Shown in pieces: positions 22,516 through 32,157 of a stretch of 64,000 bases of DNA. Source of the DNA: Candidatus Latescibacterota bacterium (GTDB lineage: Bacteria; Latescibacterota; UBA2968; UBA8231). The notes under the pieces were generated by a model, which was not told the DNA's origin, searched no databases, and was given only the letters and a program-made list of their open reading frames with translations. The DNA lies in contig CBDCXV010000011.1 in the NCBI GenBank assembly GCA_965223905.1, positions 1,216,001 to 1,280,000 of the forward strand, read 5' to 3'. A program made the position numbers and the translations under genes. Each line of letters opens with the position of its first letter. Positions within the stretch are counted from its first letter, which is position 1.

Positions 22516-24063
22516 ATGCCCAGACGCAGACTCCCCATCGGCATCCAGACCTTCCGCGAGATCCGCGAGCAGGACTGCTACTACGTCGACAAGACCGCGT
22601 ACATCCGGCGGCTGCTCGACGGGGGCAAGCACTACTTCCTGTCGCGGCCCCGGCGCTTCGGCAAGAGCCTGTTCCTCGACACCTGCAAGGAGCTCTTCGA
22701 GGGCAACGAACCCCTGTTCGAGGGGCTGGACATCCACGAGCACTGGGACTGGTCGGCGCGGCACCCGGTCGTGCGCCTCGACTTCAGCAGCGGCAACTAC
22801 CAGGCACCTGAAGACGTGCGGACGGAAGTGGCGGCGCAATTGAGCGTCATGGAGGACGAAGCGGAGGTAACCCCCCGCGACAACGATCCGTCCCTCCGCT
22901 TCCGGCACTTGGTCAAGGAGCTCCACGAGCGCACCGGCCGGCGCGTGGCGGTCCTCGTGGACGAGTACGACAAGCCGATCCTCGACAGGCTCGACGCGCC
23001 CGAGGTCGCCCGCGCCAATCGCGACTTTCTGCGCAGCCTGTATTCGACCGTGAAGTTCTCCGACGCGCACATCCGTTTCAGCTTCCTTACCGGGGTGAGC
23101 AAGTTCTCCAAGGTCAGCCTGTTCTCCGGCCTCAACAACCTGATCGACATCACCCTGGACGCGGAGTACTCCTCCATCTGCGGCTATACCGATTCGGACC
23201 TGGACGCGGTCTTCGCGCCGGAACTCCCCGGTCTCGACCGGGACGAGATCCGCGACTGGTACAACGGCTACAACTGGCTCGGCGAGGAGAAGGTCTACAA
23301 CCCCTTCGACATCCTGCTACTGTTTCGACGCCGCCAGTTCGGCGCCTGGTGGTTCGAGACCGGCACCCCGGCGTTCCTGGTGGAAACGCTGTTCCAGCGG
23401 AGAGTGAGTTCGCTGGCCCTCGACGACATGCTGGGAAGCAGCGACCTGCTGTCGGCCTTCGACGTCGATCACATCGCGACGGAGGCGCTGCTGTTCCAGA
23501 CCGGCTACCTGACCATTCGCCGCACCGAGCCGCGCGGCCGGCGGATGTATTACCGGCTGGGCTATCCCAACCAGGAGGTGAGGCAGAGCCTGAACGAGAG
23601 CCTGCTGAACCGCATGACGGGGGATGACTCGCGCCAGGAGGCGAACAGCGCCCGGCTCTACGACCTGCTGCTCGCCAACGACTTTGCCGGGCTCGAGGCC
23701 CTGTTCCAGGCGTTTTTCGCCAGCATCCCCTACGAGTGGTACACCAACAACGACATCGCCGGCTACGAGGGCTACTACGCCAGCGTGTTCTACTCGTACT
23801 TCGCGGCGCTGGGATTGGACGTTACCGTGGAGGACAGCAGCAGCCACGGCCGCCTCGACATGGCGGTCCGCTTCAACGACAACGTCTACCTCTTCGAGTT
23901 CAAGGTGGTCGAGATGGCGCCGGAGGGCGCGGCCATGGCGCAGTTGAAGGAGAGGCGCTACGCCGACAAGTACCGCGCCCCGGGCCGGCCCATCTACCTG
24001 GTTGCCGTCGAGTTCAGCAAGGAAACCCGCAACCTGGCCGCCTTCGGCGTCGAGAGGGCCTGA
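22516..24063 (+). CDS. AAA-ATPase-like + PD-(D/E)XK nuclease copy 3
   Basis: Same motifs as copy 2; its 3' ~400 bp are nearly identical to copy 2. Confidence 0.9.
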   Translation: MPRRRLPIGIQTFREIREQDCYYVDKTAYIRRLLDGGKHYFLSRPRRFGKSLFLDTCKELFEGNEPLFEGLDIHEHWDWSARHPVVRLDFSSGNYQAPEDVRTEVAAQLSVMEDEAEVTPRDNDPSLRFRHLVKELHERTGRRVAVLVDEYDKPILDRLDAPEVARANRDFLRSLYSTVKFSDAHIRFSFLTGVSKFSKVSLFSGLNNLIDITLDAEYSSICGYTDSDLDAVFAPELPGLDRDEIRDWYNGYNWLGEEKVYNPFDILLLFRRRQFGAWWFETGTPAFLVETLFQRRVSSLALDDMLGSSDLLSAFDVDHIATEALLFQTGYLTIRRTEPRGRRMYYRLGYPNQEVRQSLNESLLNRMTGDDSRQEANSARLYDLLLANDFAGLEALFQAFFASIPYEWYTNNDIAGYEGYYASVFYSYFAALGLDVTVEDSSSHGRLDMAVRFNDNVYLFEFKVVEMAPEGAAMAQLKERRYADKYRAPGRPIYLVAVEFSKETRNLAAFGVERA

Positions 24064-24121
24064 GCCTCCGGGACGCGCGCGAAAGGCAGGCAGCGGCCTG
24101 AATACCCATGCGCAATTCCTA

Positions 24122-25867
<1,746 letters not shown>

Positions 25868-25969
25868 TAGTTGATTTCAGGTATGGAAAATGCTCCGACC
25901 GCGGCCAGGCGGCCTTGCCCCGGCTCAGGCGAGAGTTGATTTTAAGTTAAACTTGAGAAAGGTACCCCG

Positions 25970-26215
25970 ATGCCAGAGATAATCAGTGCCAAACAGCTTC
26001 GAGAGCGCCTGCAGGATGTCGTAGAAAAAGTGCGGCACGGGGAGCGATTTACCGTTCTGTACCGCAGTCGTCCGGCCTTCGACATCGTCCCGGTTGGCAG
26101 TCCACCTATCGAAAGTGTGCCGCTGGAATCGGATTCGCTATACCAGGCCCCAGCCGTTGGTGCATCCGAATCGGGGGACGCTGCCGCACGGCATGACGAG
26201 GTGCTGTACCGGTGA
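25970..26215 (+). CDS. Phd/YefM-family antitoxin
   Basis: ISAKQLR..L..VVEKV..GERFTV; near-palindromic operator TTAAGTTAAACTTGA at ~25942-25956. Confidence 0.8.
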   Translation: MPEIISAKQLRERLQDVVEKVRHGERFTVLYRSRPAFDIVPVGSPPIESVPLESDSLYQAPAVGASESGDAAARHDEVLYR

Positions 26216-26619
26216 GGCAAATGTTCGTGGATACGGCCGCATGGGTTGCGGCCGCGGATAGCGGTGATACGGCGGGTTCGGCTGTACGGGAAGCTCGGGA
26301 TCAATGGCTGTCGTCTGGAGGCCTGCTGACGACGACCGACTATGTGATCGACGAAACTCTTACCACCATCCGGTTCCGCCTTGGTCTTAATGCTGCTGAA
26401 GCTTGGTGGCTGCAAATCGACGGCTCGGTTCGACTGCGGATCGAGTCCATTGACGAACCGCGAAGAGAACGGGCGCGGTCACTCTTCTTTGGCTATCGGG
26501 ATAAGGAATTCTCCTATACCGACTGCTGCAGCTTTGCCCTCATGCGAGAATTGCGAATTCGGCGGGCATTGACGTTGGACCATCACTTCCGACAGATGGG
26601 ATTTGAAGTTATTCCATAA
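26212..26619 (+). CDS. VapC PIN-domain toxin
   Basis: FVDTAAW, VIDET, SYTDCCS, LTLDHHF; GTGA overlap with the antitoxin. Confidence 0.9.
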   Translation: MRQMFVDTAAWVAAADSGDTAGSAVREARDQWLSSGGLLTTTDYVIDETLTTIRFRLGLNAAEAWWLQIDGSVRLRIESIDEPRRERARSLFFGYRDKEFSYTDCCSFALMRELRIRRALTLDHHFRQMGFEVIP

Positions 26620-26654
26620 CGCTGTTCCAGACCGGCTGCCTCACGGCGGCACCT

Positions 26655-26710
26655 TCACCGCCCTCGGCAAACCCTACCTCCACTTCGACGCCCCGCTGAT
26701 CGTCGTGTAA
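26655..26710 (+). repeat. Duplicate of the cas2 3' end (25815-25870)
   Basis: 55 bp with one mismatch; stop codon TAG versus TAA. Confidence 0.95.
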
Positions 26711-26723
26711 CGGAAACCATGCC

Positions 26724-28493
26724 ATGAGCACCGAGCCGGCTCCCGCCTCTTCCCGCCCCGCGCTGCCCGACTACATCTCGGCGCGCATGATCAACGAGTA
26801 CGTCTACTGCCCGCGGCTGTTCTACTTCGAGCAGGTCGAGGGAGTGTTCGTCCACAACGAACACACCGTGGAAGGGGCCGTGCAGCACAAGCGCGTCGAC
26901 AAGGAGGGCAAGTCCGCCCCCGGTCCGGAGGAAGAAACGGACGAGCCGGTCGTGGTGCGCTCGATGACCTTGTCCTCCGAGAAGCACCGCGTCATCGCCA
27001 AGCTCGACCTGGCGGAGTTCGACCACGGCCGTGCCACGCCGGTCGACTACAAGCACGGCCGGCCCATGTCCGACGACGAAGGCGTGCAGGCGTGGCCGAC
27101 CGACCGCGTTCAGCTCGCCGTCCAGGCGCTCGTTCTGCGCGCCAACGGCTACCGCTGTGAGGAAGGTTTCGTTTTCTACCAGAAGACGCGGCAGAGAGTG
27201 CGGATCGCGTTCGACGACGGGACGATCGCCGAAGCGGAGCGGGCCATCGCCGGCGCCTGGGACACCGCGGCCGCACAAGAGATGCCCCCGCCGCTAATCG
27301 ACTCCCCCAAGTGCCCCGGATGTTCGCTGGTCGGCATCTGCCTGCCGGACGAGACCTGGAGCCTGTGGTCGCGGGACGACGGCGAGGCCGAGCAGCTCGA
27401 CCTGTTCGAGACGCGTCCGGGAAAACGCCCAAAGCCGCGGGCCGGGGAACCCCGGTTGCTGGTAACCCCGCGCGACGACCTGCGGCCACTCTACCTCAAC
27501 ACCCAGAGGCTGCGCGTCGGAAAGACCGGCGGCCTGCTCCGCATCAAGGAGCGCGACAAGGTCGTCCAGGAGGCGCGCATCAACGAGATCTGCCAGGTCA
27601 ACCTGATGGGCGCCGTCCAGATCAGCACCCAGGCCGTGCAGGAGCTGTGCCGCGCCGAAAAACCGATCTGCTACTTCTCCCAGGGCGGATGGTTCTACGG
27701 CGTAACCACCGGGCTCAGCACCAAGAACGTCTTTTTGAGGAGAACGCAGTTCCGTCTCGCGGAGGAGGCCCGCTTCTGTCTGCGGATTGCCAGGACGCTG
27801 GTCGCGGGCAAGATCCGCAATCAGCGAACCATGCTGCTGCGCAACCACGTCGAGCCGCCGAAGCCGGAGCTGCAGGAATTGAAGTGGCTCGTTGCCCGCG
27901 CCGAAACCGCGGAGTCCCTTGAAGAGCTGCTCGGTTTCGAAGGCTGGGCGGCGCGCATCTACTTCGGGCTCTTCGCCGGCATGTTGAAGCGCGACCGCTC
28001 AGAACAGGAGGACCCGGAGTTCACATTCGATTTCCAGGCCCGCAACCGAAGACCGCCCCGCGACCCGGTCAACGCCCTGCTGTCCCTCGGCTACAGCCTG
28101 CTGGCCAAGGACCTGACCATCGCCTGTTACGCGGTCGGCTTCGATCCGATGATGGGCTTCTTCCACCAGCCGCGGCATGGCCGGCCGGCCCTCGCCCTGG
28201 ACCTGATGGAGCCGCTGCGGCCGTTGATCGCCGACTCCGCCGTGCTCAGCACGGTGAACACGAAGATGGTTTCCGAGCGCGATTTCGTGACCGCGGGACC
28301 GGCGGTGTCGCTGACCGCCGCGGGCAGGAAAAGCTTTCTGCGGGCGTACGAGGCACGGATGGACACCCTCGTCACGCATCCCCTCTTCGATTACCGCGTC
28401 AGCTACCGGCGCCTGCTCGAAATCCAGGCGCGCCTTCTGGCCAAAACGCTCGAGGGCGAGCTGGACGAATACCCGGTTTTCGTGACGCGATGA
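26724..28493 (+). CDS. cas1: Cas4-Cas1 fusion
   Basis: Cas4: YCPR, KLD, DYK, Q, C..C.....C Fe-S ligands. Cas1: EG.AAR.YF, RRPPRDPVNALLS.GY, GFFH, LALDLME. Confidence 0.95.
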   Translation: MSTEPAPASSRPALPDYISARMINEYVYCPRLFYFEQVEGVFVHNEHTVEGAVQHKRVDKEGKSAPGPEEETDEPVVVRSMTLSSEKHRVIAKLDLAEFDHGRATPVDYKHGRPMSDDEGVQAWPTDRVQLAVQALVLRANGYRCEEGFVFYQKTRQRVRIAFDDGTIAEAERAIAGAWDTAAAQEMPPPLIDSPKCPGCSLVGICLPDETWSLWSRDDGEAEQLDLFETRPGKRPKPRAGEPRLLVTPRDDLRPLYLNTQRLRVGKTGGLLRIKERDKVVQEARINEICQVNLMGAVQISTQAVQELCRAEKPICYFSQGGWFYGVTTGLSTKNVFLRRTQFRLAEEARFCLRIARTLVAGKIRNQRTMLLRNHVEPPKPELQELKWLVARAETAESLEELLGFEGWAARIYFGLFAGMLKRDRSEQEDPEFTFDFQARNRRPPRDPVNALLSLGYSLLAKDLTIACYAVGFDPMMGFFHQPRHGRPALALDLMEPLRPLIADSAVLSTVNTKMVSERDFVTAGPAVSLTAAGRKSFLRAYEARMDTLVTHPLFDYRVSYRRLLEIQARLLAKTLEGELDEYPVFVTR

Positions 28494-28675
28494 GCTTGCG
28501 AGCGGCGAGGCGACGCGCCAAGTCCCGCCGGTGCTCGCGTTGCCGCAAGTGACGTATTTTCAATGAGATCCATACGGGAGACGATCAGGGCACCAATCGA
28601 TTTAGAGGGGGCGGCGGTCGCCGCTCGCATTTACGCTTCCAGGTGTTTGATAATACTATAGATAGGGTGCAGGCT
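28494..28675 (+). promoter_or_regulatory. CRISPR leader
   Basis: Between cas1 and repeat 1; GCGAGC/GCTCGC boxes and an AT-rich TTTGATAATACTATAG segment. Confidence 0.75.
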
Positions 28676-30043
28676 GTTTCCGCGATCTATTGGTCGCGGC
28701 CTCATTGAAGCGACGATGCCCACTCCTACGAGCATGTCCGGCTCCCCCATGTTTCCGCGATCTATTGGTCGCGGCCTCATTGAAGCTCGTGTTACGTTAT
28801 ACGTGCACGCGTGCGGAAGGCGGTTTCCGCGATCTATTGGTCGCGGCCTCATTGAAGCTCGTGTTACGTTATACGTGCACGCGTGCGGAAGGCGGGTTTC
28901 CGCGATCTATTGGTCGCGGCCTCATTGAAGCCCTGCTCGTTGAGTCGGCCCTGGAGGATTCGGTCATCCGAGTTTCCGCGATCTATTGGTCGCGGCCTCA
29001 TTGAAGCATCCGTTACCCGATGCGATCTATCGCCGGCTGCTGCGAGTTTCCGCGATCTTTTGGTCGCGGCCTCATTGAAGCGTATCCATTCGCTATCGGG
29101 ACTGGATAGGGATTCCCCACGTTTCCGCGATCTTTTGGTCGCGGCCTCATTGAAGCCACTCGGTGATAAGGAACACCTCACGCAACCACTGCATGTTTCC
29201 GCGATCTTTTGGTCGCGGCCTCATTGAAGCGCGCTGTTGCATGGCGACAACTGCCCGGCGCGGGTCGGGTTTCCGCGATCTTTTGGTCGCGGCCTCATTG
29301 AAGCTCGGGCCAACAGGGGCAGGCAGGCACACCGTGAGAGGCGTTTCCGCGATCTTTTGGTCGCGGCCTCATTGAAGCTTTGTGCATCCGCATCGCGCAG
29401 CGAGACATCGTTTCAGGTTTCCGCGATCTTTTGGTCGCGGCCTCATTGAAGCGAGTAGACGATGGCCCTCTTCCCCCCGTCTCCCCGCACGTTTCCGCGA
29501 TCTTTTGGTCGCGGCCTCATTGAAGCTCCAGGTTGAAACCTCGATGTCGTAAAGCGTCCATCCGAGTTTCCGCGATCTTTTGGTCGCGGCCTCATTGAAG
29601 CAAGTAACAGGGATTCATGGAATTTCGCAGGAGCTATGTTTCCGCGATCTTTTGGTCGCGGCCTCATTGAAGCCAATCGCCATATGCAAACCTGTGCCAA
29701 GTTCCAACGGGTTTCCGCGATCTTTTGGTCGCGGCCTCATTGAAGCGCTGCTCCGTCCTGGTCGATGTAGCTGATCGCGTCCGAGTTTCCGCGATCTTTT
29801 GGTCGCGGCCTCATTGAAGCCGACACTGAAGGAAAGTATGTCGGAGTCGATGTGTTCCAAGTTTCCGCGATCTTTTGGTCGCGGCCTCATTGAAGCCTGA
29901 AACCGCTCACCGCTTGCCTCGAACCCAAACCGGAAGTTTCCGCGATCTTTTGGTCGCGGCCTCATTGAAGCACCACGAAGTCAAAAGTGTCATCGGGGTT
30001 TTCGGTCGTTTCCGCGATCTTTTGGTCGCGGCCTCATTGAAGC
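28676..30043 (+). CRISPR. Type I-G CRISPR array: 19 x 36 bp repeats, 18 spacers of 36-40 bp
   Basis: Repeat GTTTCCGCGATCT(A/T)TTGGTCGCGGCCTCATTGAAGC with hairpin CCGCGATC/GGTCGCGG. Repeats 1-5 have loop TATT; repeats 6-19 have TTTT. Confidence 0.98.
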
Positions 30044-30056
30044 GAGGCGGCAGGGA

Positions 30057-30166
30057 CGCATGCAAGAGCTGCACGACCTGCTCGGGCGGTACAGGGACGG
30101 CCACGAGTTTCTGCTGGCTGTAGATGAGGTTGGAACTGAGAGCGGAAGCGCCCAGCCGATAGGCCG
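30057..30166 (+). repeat. Right copy of the 110 bp direct repeat (host gene 3' end)
   Basis: Matches 15378-15487; starts 13 bp after the last CRISPR repeat. Confidence 0.9.
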
Positions 30167-30241
30167 CTGCATCAGCGGCCAGCGATGGTCCGCTACGACA
30201 TCGCCGACCAAGTTAATAGGTAGGGGCTAAAAGATTCAGAA

Positions 30242-30277
30242 CCAGAGGGAATCTTGTGGTCGCGGCTTGACCGAAGT
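30242..30277 (+). repeat. Isolated degenerate CRISPR repeat
   Basis: ATCTTGTGGTCGCGGCTTGACCGAAGT matches 21 of the last 27 repeat positions. Confidence 0.65.
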
Positions 30278-30376
30278 GATACTTTGGCCCGGACTTCTTA
30301 CTTAAGAAAAATCACCTGCTCTTCTTTTCCGCGGCTACCTCATGCAGTCCGGACTGAGTGCGACTGTCTCCGGCTA

Positions 30377-31694
30377 TCATTGGGTTGCGCAGCGCGAATC
30401 GTCTTCTGTGCAAACCGGCACATACTCCCACTCATATTTGCACGGTGGAGATTCACCACTTTCGCACAACTCAGTATCTTCGAACTCCTTGCAAAAAATA
30501 CTGTTTCCATCTTCATCTTTATTTTCTGTCGAATGGTATTCTTCCCGTGGTACATTGTGGCCGCAAACTACCGTAAACGGGTGATTGTAAATCGGAATTG
30601 TGGTTTGCCCAGCCGAATTCCCATCTACAGTGTAATAGCCCCAACTTTTGCTGTGAAGAAATAGGTCTCCGGGTTGGTCCCCGGGGTAATTTTCCCCGGG
30701 ACAGTAGCAATCAGTGGGACGACGAGGAGGAGGAGGTGGTGGTAGTGGTGGTGGTAGTGGTGGTGGTAGTGGTGGTGGTGGCTGCCCGTCGTCCGTGCCG
30801 CCGTCGCCCGTGGTGGTTCCATCCCCCCGACGCCGTCATCCGTCCCGTCGCCCGTGGTGGTTCCATCCCCGACCCCGTCATCCGTCCCGCCGCCCGTGGT
30901 GCTTCCATCCCCATCGTCGACCGAGCCGTCGTCCGTCGTCGTGCCGCCGTCATCCCCCTGACCGTCGTCCGTCGTCGTATCCGCCGTCGTCCATCCCCGA
31001 CCGCCATCCCCCTGATCCCCGTCTGTGCCATCCGTGCCTCCGTCCCCGTCGGCGTCGTCCGATCCTTTGCCGCAGTCGTGCCGCCATCCCCATCGTCGTC
31101 GTCGGTCCCGTCAGCAGTCGTGCCGCCGCCATCGTCCCCCTGACCGTCCTCCGTGCTATCCGGCGCTTCCATCCCCATCGTCGACCGACCCGTCATGCCG
31201 TCGTGTCCGTCACCGCCCCTTTGCCCGTCGTCCGTGGTGCCTCCGTCGTCGACCCTTTCCGTCATCCACGGTCAAACCTCCGTCGTCCGTCTGTCCCGTC
31301 GTCACGAGGCTCTCTGCCATCGTCGTCACACCTTTCCGTCATCAGTGGTGGTGCTCCCGTCGTCGACCGTCCCATCATCCGTGGTGGTGCTCCCGTCGTC
31401 GGCCGTCCCGTCATCCGTGGTGGTGCTCCCGTCGTCGGCCGTCCCGTCATCCGTGGTATCTCCGTCCTCACCTCCGGTTCCGTCCGTGTCCGTGGGTTCC
31501 CGGCGCTCTCCGAAGTGGTCGGCGAAGATGAAGAAATCGTCGAGGTCGACCAGCCCGCCGTCCCCATCGAGGTCGTACTTGGGGGCCACGGTGCCGAAGT
31601 GATCCTTGAACAGCCAGTAATCCTCCCATTCGACCACCCCATCCCCGTTGAAATCGGGAAATACCATCACCCCTGCCGCAAGCAAGAGCCACAT
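30377..31694 (-). pseudogene. Dockerin/EF-hand + D/G/T-rich repeat + poly-Pro + Cys-rich secreted protein, multiply frameshifted
   Basis: PDFNGDGVV..D...F.DHFG; DDGSTTT repeats; a (PPPL)n linker; then 'TDCYCPGENYPG...CKEFEDTELC...PPCKYEW...RCATQ*' ending at 30377. Confidence 0.65.
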
Positions 31695-32157
31695 GGCCTA
31701 CAACTCCTTCTCCCCCCCCGTAACCGTTCCCCTCCCGGATCGATGGGACCGGGAACAGGAACGCAGGGAGCTACGGTTACGGCGGTAGTTCGAGGTTGAA
31801 CGCGGTGCTGCCGAAGGCTGCCGGGGGGAGAACTGCTCGGATGGCTCGCCTTCTTCGATGAAACCAGAGAGCGTGCCGCCGGGGAATGCGACACTAAAAC
31901 ACTAGCTTAAAATACGAAGACGGGGGAATTCTTGCCCCTGGGCTTTAAATCCCGTCTTTGCGATTCCTCAGGGATTCCCTGACAGGCGGGATCACATAGG
32001 AAAATTCAACCTTTTCTCCCGCTTGCGGAAGTAGGGCCGCATCGGCGCCGCGGAACCAGATCAGGACCGGCGGTTCGCCGCAGCTGCCGGAAGAATCGCC
32101 GGAACCGTTCAAGGCCACTTCCCCTTTCCGTGAGAATCCCCTGCAAGGGCATTTCTC

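Noticed and set aside
29008-29045. Spacer 5 self-targeting the PhyH gene (~12692-12709)
   Set aside because: Only about 16 of 18 nt match over half the spacer, which is expected by chance in GC-rich DNA. No full self-match was seen by eye for any spacer.
28631-30211. Many short ORFs across the array (MRPRP.DRGN / VAASLK repeats)
   Set aside because: They are translations of the CRISPR repeats.
30278-30297. Pseudo-spacer similarity to hicA (CTTTGGCCCGG at ~40598)
   Set aside because: An 11 nt match inside the coding sequence rather than a promoter; too short to support targeting.
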